Shown in pieces: positions 1 to 14,852 of a stretch of DNA of 64,000 nt. Source of the DNA: Mizuhopecten yessoensis (lineage: Eukaryota); NCBI RefSeq assembly GCF_002113885.1, contig NW_018403537.1, positions 4,025-68,024 of the forward strand. Reading direction: 5' to 3'. How positions within the stretch are numbered: position 1 is the stretch's first letter; every line of letters begins with the position of its first letter. A model generated the notes under the pieces. The model worked only from the letters and a program-made list of their open reading frames with translations, searched no databases and was not told where the DNA came from. A program made the position numbers and the translations under genes.

Positions 1-16
1 TGTGTAAAATACAGTA

Positions 17-498
17 TTAACCAATGGAAAGGTATAAAACTGGTTCTACGTGTACAGTACAGAACTAACCAATGGAAAGGTATAAAACTGGTTCTACATG
101 TACATTACAGAATTAACCAATGGAAAGGTATAAAACTGGTTCTACGTGTACAGTACAGAATTAACTAATGGAAAGGTATAAAACTGGTTCTACGTGTACA
201 GTAAAGAATTAACCAATGGAAAGGTATCAAACTGGTTCTACGTGTACAGTACAGAATTAACCAATGGAAAGGTATAAAACTGGTTCTACGTGTACAGTAC
301 ATAATTAACCAATGGAAAGGTATAAAACTGGTTTTGTGTGTACAGTACAGAATTAACCAATGGAAAGGTATAAAACTGGTTCTACGTGTACAGTACAGAA
401 TTAACCAATGAAAAGGTATAAAACTGGTTCTGCGTGTACAGTACAGAATTAACCAATGGAAAGGTATAAAACTGGTTCTACGTGTACAGTACAGAATT
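17..498. repeat. 48-bp minisatellite, ~10 copies
   Basis: Unit AATTAACCAATGGAAAGGTATAAAACTGGTTCTACGTGTACAGTACAG; CCAATGG recurs at 21, 69 and onward with period 48. Confidence 0.95.
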
Positions 499-2180
499 GA
501 AACATAATTTTGTGTTTATTGTAATATTTTGAAACTTTTTGTTTGTAAAAATTCTTGTTTATTATAACACGTTTTTCATTTTTCTATTTTATCCATTTAT
601 TTAAAAAAAAAAGTATTTCTTTATTCTATTTCTTTGTTCTATTTCTTTATTTTATTATTCATCGATTTTTTATTTATTGGTCATTTCGACCTATATTTAT
701 TTATTCATTTTATTTATTGATTTATTCTAACTGTTCACACATTTTTAATTTGTTTATTTGCTCGTTCCAACCTATTTTTATTAAAACAATTATTTTTTTT
801 GCATATTTATTTATTTGCTCGTTTCTTCCTGTACTGAGTAGCTTAAATATCATTGTGCAAACACTGTGAAACAAGGTTGAACATATCTGCTATCATCAAC
901 ACGGCGTGTGATCTCTTTCATTTAAAGAATACATTCAGTGTGATGAAAAACGGACAATATTCAATATATTTTGTTGGATTATAATATTTAGACACAATAA
1001 GTAACAATCAATTTCATTTGATACTCCTCCATAATAGTTGTGCAGTATGTACATGTTACTCGTTAAAATGTCTCACGATGAATGCGGCGTGGTAATTCGC
1101 CTGTCCCTATATAATAGCCTACTTACATCTCAAACAAACAGGTAATGGGAACTATTGAGCTTGTTACATAAACATGAGTTTAGTGCCCGGTATTTCAATA
1201 TGTTTGCGTCTTTCAAAGATCTGATGTAGAGGACCAATTTGGACGTAATAAATTTGTATTTATGTGATATGACCCAGATAATCTGACGCATGTCTTATAA
1301 AACGGATATTTTTTCGACATATCTACTGTATCATTGTTTTCAATAACATATAACTTATGCCTGGATAAACAGGGGGGGGGGGGGGGGGGGAGTCAAAAAC
1401 GATTGTAGGTTTTTGTTTTTGTTCTGTATAGGTTTCAATGGAGGTAATATTTTATATTTGCATTTGTCAAGCCGTTGTTGTAAATTTCAATTATGTAAAT
1501 ACAGCTGCAGATAGTTAGCTCTAATTTTGATGCAAATATTATATGATTTGATAAGAACAATTCTAAAATGTATATTCTTTTGGTAGAACGAAGCTTGACT
1601 ATATAATTGGTATGTTATAAACCCAGGCGCGGACTATTATTTTTTTTTGGTGTAGACGGGTTTGAGGCTTGACTATATTAATCTTTGATCTATAATTCAA
1701 GAAGAAAATATTCAAGAAACTTCAGTTATTTTCGTATATAGCAAACATAAAACATTTCCTGTGTAGAGTTTCTTTTAAGACAAACAGAGGAATTAAACAT
1801 TTAGTAACAGTAACAGTCATGTTATCTTAAACAGGAAACTTCATGCAGAAAATAAATTACTATGCGTATATATAAGCACAATATATATTTATTTATACAG
1901 TAAATTACATAACTATGGTATATAAGCATATACATAAAACACTATAGGCATACGAATAAAACATTAAACAAAATGGCACAAGTGGATAAAGCAAAAGACT
2001 AGTTTTTTTTTTTTATCACAAAATAGTAGGTTACATAAAAGGGTTGTATAAATATAGACATTTATATACTGTATTAAAAGACACTGCAACACAAAACAGA
2101 AATAATCAAATGTAACGAACCACATTAGCATTTATTGCCATACAATATATAAAATACACTACAATATGCACAAAATAAAT

Positions 2181-3480
2181 TTAAAAAAACCTTAAGTTTA
2201 CTAAATGCGAAGGATAGCAGGAAATTCTACGACACATAGAAAACGTGCAATGATTACCATCCCAGGTTAGTAACAGCCTAATGCAAACTGAGTAGTTTTC
2301 TGAGTGTCCTATATCTCCAGGTAGGCTGTTCCACACGTGCGTAGCCTCATAGCGAAAACAGTTTCTTACCACACCTGGAAGTACATGTATTTTTTCAAAT
2401 GGCCTACTTTCCTTATACTGTTCTAAACTTGGTTTTTATCTATCAATTTCTTTTATTAAATCTGGTGAAGAATCATTCAATATATTTTATACTTCCTTAG
2501 CCACTGACTTGAGCCCAGCTGTATGTAAATATTCTGGACTATTTTCTGGATAGAAGATATTTGACATGCGAAATAAAAGTACTCCCCTATATAAAAAGCA
2601 GGGCTCCTTCCCGAATCTTTCAAATTTTCAAAATGTTTCCGTTTTTTGCGTAACTTAAAAAACAAAAATGCCAAGCAAAATGGCAAAATGGCAAAAAAAT
2701 AAATAAAAAAATAAAGGATTTAATAATATTGACATTGCCCATTTTCATCAGAATAATGCCTCTTCTTTTAAGAAACCATTGTTGTTTGGAAGCCTTTATA
2801 CATTTAATTGGTAATATGAGCATCAGACTTCAAACCGTTGTCAATATCCACTCCAAAAAAATTTAAAAAAGTCTAAATATGTGATTTTATTTTTAAACCA
2901 AAATAAAGTTTATATTTGTTCCACAGATTATTTTTCTATACCTATGGCTGGAATTTATCTGGTTTGTCATGCACGCTGTTGTTAAAAAAAACAGTTTTCT
3001 AAAAATGTACTATCATTTTGTTAAACATCCCTTATATTGAAGAAATTTTACTAGTATGAGTCCAAGAACTGTATTATATCTACTTTTATTGTATAGAGAG
3101 CCCGATTTTAGAAAAGTGAAAATTTCATTTAGACAGATGTCTAAATGAAAATAGGTCCTGCTATACAATGTTCATGTAGAACCCGCTATTGTCTGTCACT
3201 GAGGAAGCTGCTGACGAGAGCGTGCGCTGGCTCAACCGGGGGAGGCTCGCAACTGCATCTTTCCCAGAAACAGTGAATGAAGGAGGCGGTCAAATGCCTC
3301 GGATAATCTATCGGAATAGCTCTCACTAAAGCTTATGACTCCCAAGGCCTGATGTCTGTCCTCCTTGAGCATCCACAGCACATACTTATACAGACACATG
3401 TAGCCCCGCCTTAAAGCAGTTACTATATTTTAAAAACTTACCCAGCTGAGATGTTAATCTGGCCCGTGCTTTAGAAAACG
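2181..3480 (-). mobile_element. Degenerate CR1/L2-group LINE ORF2 (reverse transcriptase and C-terminus), frameshifted
   Basis: Minus-strand fragments in collinear LINE ORF2 order: LSEAFDRLLHSLFLGK...SSFLSDRQ*RV (~3180-3310), KPDKFQ (~2950), GVDIDNGLKSDAHI...CIKASKQ (2780-2854), WHFC, and the terminal FRYEATHVWNSLP...WDG..C...C (2181-2372). Confidence 0.85.
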
Positions 3481-6400
3481 TTGATGTATCAGTGATATCA
3501 GGATAAGGACGAGGTCCACTTTGGGCCTTGTTTGTAATGGACGCCGGTTTTAGCATATGATATTTATGCCATATGCACCAGGAAAACTCTTTTAAAAAGA
3601 AATAATGGTTCTATACTGTCTTTTGCAAGAGCGAGTTAATATATTAGTCAATATGTTTTTTAATACACCTATGGTCATTTAAGGATGTGCCAGGTTTGTT
3701 TGATTGAAGAAAGCCGGAGACAAAAACCCGACTTGCGGTCAGCACCATCGTAAGCATGTGCAGGATGATCTTAAATCGGTATACGCAATTTGAAAGCACT
3801 TTTAATTTTGAAATACAGAGCAGTTAAATTTGTCGTATAAAATACTTCCTGGATCCATTTACGTTATTCCGAGCTCAGACAGAGTTTGCTCTTTAAAATT
3901 GCATAACAAACTTGTCATCAGTACCTTTAATATATCTCCTAAGCTAACAGAAATACAAAAAACTCATTCTTTAGAATTCATTCTAAAATTAGGAACGACA
4001 CTTTTAATGTTGCGACAGATGCCCGCGTTGCACTTTGTTACGCATTTGTGTCTTCCTTAATAGAACATTATTACGCCAGACTACTCAAGTTGTGCTTTTT
4101 CAACTCTTTTGCGTTATATAATATGTTCAAGCCCTTGCGTCAGTACTGGATCGTTTAACCGGCGATTGTAAGGTAAAATCTTCACTTGACGACTCTCGAA
4201 GTGCAGACACATCGAATTGTAGTCATATTTAAGGTGACACGGAACTGGAAGAGGATATATTTTTAATGCCTCATCACTTGCGTTTCGCTTAATTAGTTAA
4301 CTTTACCAAAACGCTAAGCCAGATATATGCATTACACCGACTGACGACCCAAATGGCAATATTACTCCCCAACAAACAGTAACCAGAGGGACAATTCCTA
4401 AAAGGAAATGATACCTCTGGAGAGATAATTACTTATACCGTACTGGTTCTTATAATATACCTATTATTTAAACACATGAAACAACGAAAGATAAGGATGG
4501 GCAATTACCATTAGTTTTGGGAAAGTAAAACAGCGGGAAATAATCGCTGTTTTGGATATTTTAACCTTAAATTGGAGAGGTGGTTTTTTATTTGAGTATC
4601 GGCTGTTATTAAAACAAATACACACAAAAGAGTTCCTTTCAGTATGTATATATATATATGTATAGAGACGGATAAATAATAAGAAAAACAACAAGAGAAT
4701 ACCAGAGTTTAAAATAAACCACAGTTCGAACTCAAAATCGATAAATCTAGTGCAAAATATGAACAAAGGAAAGCTTTACATGGAGACCCTTGAAAAATAT
4801 AAGGATAATAAGACCAGGTGTTCCAGAGAGTAAGCGTATTTTGATTCATCGATGACATACCCCATGCTTAAATAATTCGAATCCAAGTAATGTCGCGTAC
4901 ACGCATTGAGAACTCTGGTAATGACAACAAAACCACAAGGCACTCTTTTGAGCATTATCAAAAACATTGACCTTCATATCACATGAAGGAAGAATTATTT
5001 CCTAGCGAGATCCGGATGACGACCACAAAACATGTTCATAGGGTATGAACCTTAGGATTGTTGCTATCAAGAAAGGGAAAATTCATTAATATAAAGACGA
5101 AATTGTCCCGCTTATCAAACAGCTTAGTAATAGGCCGTTCCTGTTGGTCATATTGAAAGTAATGGTCGAAGTATACGATCGATGTTGTCAGTGAATTTCT
5201 TTTTATTCAAAAACAGCACATCGTCAGCTGATGTGCTGATCGAAGAAGTCCTTTTTTGAAGTCCTGGTCATTAGAGTTTAGACATCATATAGACAGAGTT
5301 TGTGATCTATTTATACATATGGTACATGTATATAGAGAACATTAAATTGTCTCCGTTGAAATTTCCTCTGACATATATCTCTTACTATATAAAATGGGAT
5401 CGATTAAAGTTTAAATTATGCTGCTCTTGTCTTTCTTTCGAATATGTATGTTCATATAAAAATGTAACTTTATCACAAAAAAAACAATCATGTTTGACTC
5501 CCAATAAAACTACCAGATACTAATGGTGTCTAGGAGAAGTATGTCTGTAGGTACATATGCTTACAGTTTTCTAGCATAATGGAATAAAATAGTATCTGAA
5601 AGAATCAAAAACTTTAAAGCAATATGGTTTTGTCTGACAAATATTTAAACACACAATAGTATAGTATAGAGTAGTATAATTTAAATGAGTTCGGATATAA
5701 TCGGAATGAATCAAAATATCAAAATATATATTTTTTAAGATGCTCTGCTTTCAATTAAATACGAATGTGCTGATACTGGTATCGCCTAACATGATAAAGA
5801 AAATAAAAAAAAAATCATCAGATAAAGGGTAACTGGAACGAAAATAAATCAATATCTTAAAACGTATTTTCTCCGGAAAAATAAGCACTAAAAATATTAA
5901 TAAAATAGGCACCTATATAAAAGTGATTTTATCTCTGCGAAAAGGCAAGGAAGAAAATTCAAAACAATTTGTTTTTCTCTTTTTCTCATTAACAGATAGG
6001 ATTTCACTTGTTACATAAACGTGGGACACAGATGATTGCTTCTATAAAATTTGGAAATTGATACATTATGCAAAAAAATGAATGAATAACACCGCATCAT
6101 ACAGCTGGTTCGCACTTCTCACTCTCATCAGTGATGCTAGGGGCCGAACAGTTGGCCTAAAATACTGTAAAAGCAATAAGCATGTAGATGTGAAGCTGAG
6201 AACTTCTCCTTTCGAAAAAATGTTAAGTTGAATAAAGCAAGAGAATGCAGGAGATGTATTTTAATTGTGCCATTCTTTGTATCTATAGGACTTTCAGATT
6301 TAAAACTAAAATGAACTACCTTCAAATCTTATAAGGTTTCGTAGGAGGTAGTTATAGTTGACTAAAGAAATTGTAAACAAAAATATCATGCTGCTTGTTT

Positions 6401-7639
6401 TGATACTGAATGGAATCTTTGAATCCTATGTTCCCTAATTCTTTGTTGAGTTGAGAGTAAATAATCATACATTTGTATTAAAATTGCATAACATCTATAG
6501 TAATGTGTTATATAGATATGATACATTTTAATACTTATTTGAAGAATTTTTATTATTATATTGGTGATGCTAATTCGGTTAAGATGTTTATGTTTGAATA
6601 TATTCTGTAAGTTTTGTAAATTAAAATTTAACTGTACAATGAAATATACTGTAATATTCTTGATATTTTTGTGAATAATTCTCAATCAAGTTTGCGTGTG
6701 AAACATCTATTTATATGTTGTCATCATTAAAATAATGTCTGAAGAGTTAAAAAGCGACAACAAAAATGTTTCCATACTATTTTGCAAATTACATTACATG
6801 CAGAACATATGGAAAGTAGGATAGAAAATACTTTTCCATTTAAACAAGTATGCATAATGTACCATCTAGACTGTGACGTCACACCAGGGATGACTTAGGT
6901 ATACCTCGATAAATAAAATATATATAATATATATCTCATTTTGATTATCTCCAAAAGACAATTTAATACAACATATATTGACACACAAACAAAAAAGTTA
7001 ATTGGAAAAAATGCTTTCTTTATGGGTTCACTACAGCATTTAAACGAATATCGCATCGTGTTTATAAAACTGAAAATGGTGAATATTCGACAAAATTATG
7101 TCAGCTAAAAAATAGTTAAATATAAGTTGTAAGCTATAGAAATACTATAATAAAACTTAACATGCATAAAGCATCTCTCGTGAGCTTCCTTTGTGGAATC
7201 ATCATTGAAACCAAACTATTGATTTATTCATTTTCAAAACAAAAACAAAACGCTTTGTTTATTGTCGGAAATAGCAATGGGATTTCGAATAATTTTTCAA
7301 GCATTATTTCTCATTGACAAACAGTGTAACGGTTTCACACATTCATTGCAATAAACGAATCACGTTAACGTTGACTTTGCCAATTTTACCGTTTCTTATT
7401 TTATTCTAGTTATAGAAATAGCTCTTTGCTGTTTCTCCTAATTTATCAAGTACATCTGTACTTCATAATTTGTACGGCCAATCAGTTTCAATTTCATATT
7501 TTGACACATGTTTTCGATTGTGTATGACCATCTTGCACAACAGATCATAGATGATCGCCAGCGAGCCACGTGGTAGGCCTATAGCGATCATAATTCTGTC
7601 TAGAAAATACCGTGGGTGCTTTTGAACCAGATAAAATAT

Positions 7640-9400
7640 AAATCATGGAAACAGAGGACATTTACAAATGTACCGTACCATCACGGAGGAACATGGGAGA
7701 AGAATCTCCACAGTTATGGTAAACAATGGTAAAGGTATGCAATGTGTAACACTTGGGAAGCTCCTAAGGAGAACCACAGTTTCAGAAGGAGACAACAAAC
7801 CAAATCGTCAAACAATGCAGATGCTGCTATGAGTAAACAACTAACCGAATATCAAGAGGGGAAAAAGATTGTGATAGTAGAGTAAGAGAGTGTTATTCAA
7901 CCAACCGGTAAGCCAGAGATATCTCACGACATTATGAGGGAGATGTAAAACAAAGACAGTCTAAACACTGAACACAACGACATTAAGACGTAATGATGGT
8001 GACATTTAACAAATTCAACTCCCTGGAACGACTAAAGGTAGGCAATTTTGTATTACAGTACCTTTGGTAACATTAAATTCAAAAAGACTATAATCAAGAA
8101 AAGCTTCGTGCAGACAATCAGTCTAAAATTAGAAAATTGGAACCCGACCTTACAAAAATGGCCAGAAAACAACGCGTCGGGGAAATAGGCTTCGAGTGTC
8201 TGGCCAACTATTCTAAGAAAAGTGGGCAAATCATGAAAAAGAAATGGAGAAAGCTCAATACAAGTGAGACCTTGTATAACGGAGATAAGTTACCAAATAT
8301 GATTATTTTAATTAGTTATACTAACGAATATCTATTTCGAAATCAAATGTCAGAACTTACAGGGAGACTTCAGGACATAATTCAAGACATGATTGGCATC
8401 AATGACGTTAAACCTAAAAATGATACCAACAATGGAAATCCATCTGCATTCACTTTTGACATCTGAGTAGATGAATACGCTATGTTCTCCAAAATGTCGT
8501 AAATGATACTGAGCGCGGAATGTTGTGCATGGACAAGAGACCGTCAGGAGAGTATATACGCCAAAACTCGGCAAACCCGTCTAGAAATACATAAACTTAC
8601 CAGTGACAAATGACTTTTGTGATTTTTCTACAGGTCAGATAGTGGTTTCAAATATGCCGAACAACTGAGAGAATGTTTGTGTGAAGCCGTTAATACAAAC
8701 AATATGCCCATATATTAATCATGAAAAAATAAACCTCGAAATACAGATTTATTACTTGGGACATCAAAAGTAGCATCGTATTATATAATAGGTACAATTC
8801 CTGTCCGACAACTCAATTCATCGACAAGTCACTCTACATACACAATGACGAGAAGTTCTATATTCTATCTGACCTCGTACTGATGATTAGAGAAAACAAC
8901 ATGAGCTCTGATTTTGAACACAACCACCTCGGTCAGAGCGACCACTGCGAGTTGAAGCTGAATTTCTTATAACAAGACAGAATCAAGGTAATGCTACAAT
9001 CAATAAACCTAAATGTGTAAAAAAAAAAAAAAAAAAAAGGGGGGGGGGGGAATGTTTCATGCAATACCGTTTGGAAGTATCATCTCGAAAACGGGCAGAA
9101 AAATACTGTTCAACACTGTGTTCGTATATAAAACATACAACGAATAAGCAGGTGTCTGTCAATAGGAGAAACACGCGTCTTCATAGTGGGGAAAAAACAC
9201 ATTCAACAAATTAAATAAACCTTATTTGATATCAGAATGATCAAGAACGAATGAAAAAGCTTAAAGACATCGTTTATGCACGGAATGGAAATGGACTTGA
9301 GAATTTGAAGACAAAAATGTCAGAACATGAAACTAAAGAAACAAAGTACATTAGACATCAAAAAGGAAAGTTTGTGGGAACTAACCTCCTTAAAGTCTAA
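7640..9400 (+). mobile_element. Possible very old LTR-retrotransposon (Gypsy-like) gag-pol remnant
   Basis: A-rich coding-like composition with many stops. Only faint motifs, such as IPVRQLNS (~8800) and DFEHNHLG (~8910-8935). No LTRs identified. Confidence 0.25.
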
Positions 9401-9914
9401 ATACAAATTGAAAATTGAAAAAATATTTTTTACGATGTAATATCATTTATTTACTAAATGTGATGTCGAAGGATTTATAAAGTATTTGATCATATGCGAA
9501 GGATTTTATAAAATTATGAACATTCATTGTTATTTATTTCTTTTAAGTGTTTTTTTAATGAGACTTGAGTTCCAATCGAATCAACAAACTGTGATTGCGA
9601 AACTCACCTTTTTTTTAAAAATTGTATTCATATATTTTAAAGCAATTATGAAACCAGTTCTATCAACTCATATTTATTGAAATGATATCCGTAAGGCATT
9701 GATGACTGTTCGTTATCTCATTGAGTTTCCCTTGTAGGGGACATTTATGGGAAGTCATTACAATATGTGTCACACTGTGTAAGATTTAATTATGTATCTT
9801 TGACCGTTTGCTACCATTAAGTACGTTACCGTATTTTAGAACTAAGCATGCATGTATCGGTGGCCTATGTAAAGACTAATTATTTAGCAGTGACAGTTCG
9901 CTCCATGCTATGAT

Positions 9915-10125
9915 AGCCTATAACTGCCCTGTGTGTTTTACCCTTTGTGAGGAGTGTGCCCATTCTCTACTTGATAACCCATGTGAGGACTAAACATGTA
10001 TCGGTGGTCTATAATTGCCCTGTGTGTGTTACCTTTGTGAGGAGTGTGCCCATTCTCTACTTGATAACCCCTGTGAGGACTAAACATGTATCGGTGGTCT
10101 ATAATTGCCCTGTGTGTGTTTCCCT
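9915..10125. repeat. 90-bp tandem duplication (~2.3 copies)
   Basis: GTGAGGAGTGTGCCCATTCTC starts at both 9947 and 10037; the copies are near-identical. Confidence 0.9.
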
Positions 10126-12277
10126 TTTTGAAGACTCGTTAGCATTTGTAGCCGTTTGTCACCTCACAGTGCTAGCCTTATCGTTGATGGCGGTGAAATG
10201 ATCTACTACGGTGTTACAGCGAAACAGATGTCTATATCTTATATAACCTGAGGATTTTACGGGTGAATGTATTGATTTTAATTTGAAATTGATGGATACT
10301 CCACAGCCTTGTATATATCATTATTTGTCCGTGCTGTCGTCACTGCTAATAAGTCCATCGGCGATCACACATTCATTAACAGTAAATTGGAAATTGTGTG
10401 TTTTATAATAACTATGGATTGCCGAACAATCTTGACGCTATTACGAGTTTTCAGCACGGGCGGGGAATATATCAGCCCTGTCACGTTGTCACAGTAAACA
10501 GGTCTGTGCCGTACAGCGGACCCAGCACACTCACAGCGTAAATGGCGGAGGGGCACATATAACCATGTATTACTCTGTTCGGTGTCATTACGGCTTGAGA
10601 TCTGTCGGTTGAAATAGTTAATCGTTTTAACTGCCAAGAAAAATACATAAAATCAATTAATGGGTTTTTGGAGAAATTATTTTGTGCTGCTGTGTAGTTC
10701 AATAGTCAGTGGCTATAAAGAGTGTTTAATGAATCCACGTCTACCTCAGTATTGAAATTCGTCTTCACACTTGATTTTTTTTTATTACTTTTCGGCAATG
10801 ATTGAAAATCATGCAATCGTACGGTAACCATGAATTGATTAGCATGTTACCTGTATGAGGTAAGTGATACATTGTATTTCCACAACGTCCTTTTTCTTCG
10901 AATTGAAAATAAATAACTTTTGAACGAGTACATTTGATTGAAAATTATTTTATGCGAAAATGTGGTTGATATTAATCAATTTTAATTGACAAAAGTAATT
11001 TATGAATAACATGACTTTGCAAGATTCTGCTATTTGACAGATGCCCGATTTCGATAGGTATATGTGCTTCATGTGTAGTACCAGACAGACACCGCCTGTT
11101 ATATATACCTTTCTAAAATAAAGCTAATAAGAAACTATCTTAAACCTTTGGCTTCAAGTTTAAAATCCCAAGGCAAACGACGTTCATTGCAAAAATAGAC
11201 TCTCACGGTTAATTTATTACTTAAATTCAAAATAACAGAAGGTCTGATAAATTATGAAAATTGTACCATAACTAAAAAACAAATCAGTTGGAAATATTCA
11301 TTTAACGTGGATGCTAAGGATAACTTTAGATTCCGGTTCAATGCCAATTTGAAATGAAAATGGTAAGAAAGCACGCATTCCAACCGATGTAGAGCAAAGG
11401 GAGGTGACTCCATAAATGTACAAAATATATTTTTAATATTAGTTGATTCGTTACATTAACATTTTTTTTTTAACTCTTTTAAGGTGTGCGTATACTTTCC
11501 AAATCAAGCGACAAGGTGCAGAGAGTTTCGCACGTAGCTCAGTTTTAAAATGATTTACGGTAATATTTCAATGCAAGTCTGAAGAGTGTTTTCAAACTCC
11601 CGTAAATAAGAGCGGAAGTCATTTGCACCGGAAGTTCACCGTCGCAGCTGATGACAGCTTTATGGCAGCTGCTGATGATAAAGTCTGTAAATTTGTTATC
11701 AATTTGATATAAAAATATCAATATTGCATCCTCCAATGAAATATAGCTCTCTTTTCATTTCAATACGCATTTTCTATATTTTATTTCAACAATGTGAACG
11801 GTTAAAAACCAATATATTTCAATATATGTGGGGGCTTTATTCATTATTTTTCTCCTGATATCTAAAAAAATAAAATGCATGGTAAATTCACTTCGAAAAT
11901 ATAAATATGTTTTCAAGAATTCCAATTAATACCTCAGATTTCATTGCTTTTCTCTCAAGATTCCAAGTTCGGTTTCATATTTAGAATCTAATATTAGTTT
12001 ATTTAATGATTCCAGATATATAATTCCCGTGTTATGAATAACCTCCTTCTTCCTCAATTCTGCTCTGACCATAGTATTCCATGATTTGCATTTCTTCCTG
12101 GATTAAGATTGAACAGCATAAGTCACCTTCATTGAAAATTCCTTTTAATACTTTTTTCAGTACAGTACATGGCCCGTCGAACTTTAACTTATCCATACAA
12201 TTCCAATAAATTGCATCAATATAAAGTAAATAAGATATGGTCAATTATATTTTTAAATAATATATTTTCTATATTTT

Positions 12278-13190
12278 ATGTCTGTTGACACTCATGTGAC
12301 CTTTGGTCTGGTGGATGGTGTGTCGGACTGTTGTAATGTGTAGTGAATGTCTGTGGTGTATATAACCTGTGTAATAGTGGAAGATGTGTCGGACTGTGGT
12401 AACTTGTAGTGTATGTCTGTGTTATATATAAGTTGTGGTCTTGTGGATGGTGTGTCGGACTGGTGTAATTTGAAGTGTATGTCTGTGGTGTATGTGACTT
12501 GTGGTCTGATGGATGGTGTGTCGGACTGGTGTAATTTGAAGTGTATGTCTGTGGTGTATGTGACTTGTGGTCTAGTGGATGGGGTGTCATACAGTTGGAA
12601 TGTGAAGTGTATATCTCTGGAGTATGTGCCTTGTGGTCTGGAAAATGGTGTGTCGGACTGCTGTAATGTGTAGTGTATGTCTCTGGTGTATGTGACTTGT
12701 GGTCTGGTTGATGGTGTGTCGGACTGGTGTAATGTGTAGTGTATGTCTGTGGTGTATCTGACTTGTGGTCTGGTTTATGGTGCGTCGGACTGGTGTAATG
12801 TGTAGTGTATGTCTGTGGTGTATGTGACTTGTGGTCTGATGGATTGTGTGTCGGACTGGTGTAATGAATGTCTGTGGTGTATGTGACTTGTGGTCTGGTG
12901 GATAGTGTGTCGGACTGGTGGAATGTGTAGTGGATGTCTGTGGTGTATGTGACTTGTGGTCTGGTGGATGGTGTGTCGGACTGCTGTAATGTGTAGCGTA
13001 TGTCTGTGGTGTATGTGACTTGTGGTCTGGTGGATAGTGGGTGGGACTGGTGTAATGTGTAGTGTATGTCTGTGGGGTATGTGACTTGTGGTCTGGTGGA
13101 TAGTGTGTCGGGCTGGTGTAATGTGTAGTGTATGTCTGTGGTGTATGTGACTTGTGGTCTGAATATTGTAATGTGTAGTGTATATTTCTG
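12278..13190. repeat. 66-bp GT-rich minisatellite, ~13 copies
   Basis: Unit GTGTAGTGTATGTCTGTGGTGTATGTGACTTGTGGTCTGGTGGATGGTGTGTCGGACTGGTGTAAT; the minus strand reads as 22-aa repeats HPPDHKSHTPQTYTTHYTSPTH. Confidence 0.95.
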
Positions 13191-13864
13191 TTGTATATAT
13201 GGCCCACCTAGTGTAAGTGTTGTTCATTATTTATTAGGTTTGACCTATTTATATCATACCGATTTTACTCATTTCTTTTCGTATAAGTATCACCCGTTCC
13301 CTAAACTTCTAGCACAAGATGTATATTCCTAAAATTGTATTCGCCGATGTAGGTATGGAAGCATGTCAACATAATTACTATTTCTGATGTTTGTATTTAC
13401 ACCAAGCTAACGTCTAATTAAGCTTTGTTCCTGTTAACTGTGGGGTTTTTTTCTCAATCGATCCTGTTTGAATGAAAAATACAGCTAAGTTGATGAATCG
13501 ACTGGTTATCGTATATGGTGTATGTTATGTTATAGATAGATAACACTCCCTTGTCTGTTACTGCTACTACAATGCAGTGCGAATGTTTTCGCACATCTAT
13601 TTCAATATAGCTGGCAATGGTATATTTATTGATGATGATGTGCAAGGTTGATGGTTTGATAGTTTCAAACTCCAACGAAATACTTTCGAATCTGTAAACC
13701 ACTTCCAGCAAATATCCAAAGTCAATTAGCACATTAGCAGAAGCAAGAGCATCCCTAAGGAGCTACAATGTATTCCACATTTATCTCAATCTAGCCGGAA
13801 TAAGGCGAACTTTGATATCTGATCGATCACCGGGAGCTGTGAAACACTTAGAGAAAAAGTCGGA

Positions 13865-14600
13865 AAGCAATACCACAATGCGTGGGGCTGAGGAGTCAAA
13901 CAAATACGTGCAGTACGTGAGCTCTGGTGTAAAGCAATAGCATACGGTACTCAGGGCCGAAGGTACTGCATGACACACAGTACATGGTGTCAGGGAATAA
14001 AGCAATGACACACGGCCCGTGGTGCCGGGAAATAGAGCAAGCACACAGTATTTTGCAGCTAAGGAATACAGCAATAATACAGAGGACGTGGAGCCGGAAG
14101 TACAGCAATTACACACAGTACTTGGGGCCGTCGGGAGCAGCAAGAACACACTATACATGAGTTGCATTGGGCTGATGAGTAGGAGAGCAATGCGACACAG
14201 TACATGGAGCCAGGGAAAACAATAATAACACAGAAATCGTGGAGCCGGAAGTACAGCAATGACACACAGTACTTGGGGCCGTCGGGAGCAGCAATAACAC
14301 GCTGTAGTCGAGGCTAGGAGTAAGAGGGCAATGACACACAGTACTTGGGGCCGTCGGGAGCAGCAATAACACACTGTAGTCGAAGCTAGGAGTAAGAGGG
14401 CAATAACACACAGTACATGGAGCCAGGAAATACAACCATAATTCAGAAAACGTGGAGCCGGAAGTACAACAATGACACACAGTAAAAAGAAACAGCGATT
14501 CGGAATTCAACAATCACACCCTGTACGTGGTGCCAGGGAGTAAGAGAGCAATGATACAGAGTACGTAGGGTCCATGAGTACAGTATATTACACACAGTGC
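13865..14600. repeat. Mosaic tandem repeat of ~35-bp related modules
   Basis: Recurrent modules starting GCAAT(G/A)ACAC, e.g. ...ACAGTACTTGGGGCCGTCGGGAGCA (x3), ...CGTGGAGCCGGAAGTACA (x3) and ...GCTAGGAGTAAGAGGG (x2). Confidence 0.85.
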
Positions 14601-14852
14601 GACGGACAGAATGCTTAAGAGGTCACATCACACACACACAAACGTCAACATGGCCCAGACACAGATGACATTAACATATCAGGGGACCACATACTCGTCG
14701 TACCATTTACACAGTAAACGGGTGATGGATGAAAGAAATGTCAAAAGTGAGAGGACTACTGACACAGATGTGGGTTATGTGAGGATACGAGACCAACGGC
14801 AATGTAAGTAGGGGGTGGGTGGCTGGGGTGGAGGACAGAGGGCGACACACAT

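Noticed and set aside
555-869. 104-aa hydrophobic ORF
   Set aside because: T-rich low-complexity DNA gives Phe/Ile/Tyr-rich text, and the start is not ATG.
1372-1390. Poly-G tracts (also ~9039-9050 and ~52277-52295) as G-quadruplex elements
   Set aside because: Simple homopolymers with unreliable length and no supporting context.
11478-11900. Possible TTAA-targeting (Kolobok-like) non-autonomous DNA transposon; similar starts or ends near 34136 and 36688
   Set aside because: I could not pair terminal inverted repeats by eye, so boundaries are unsupported.
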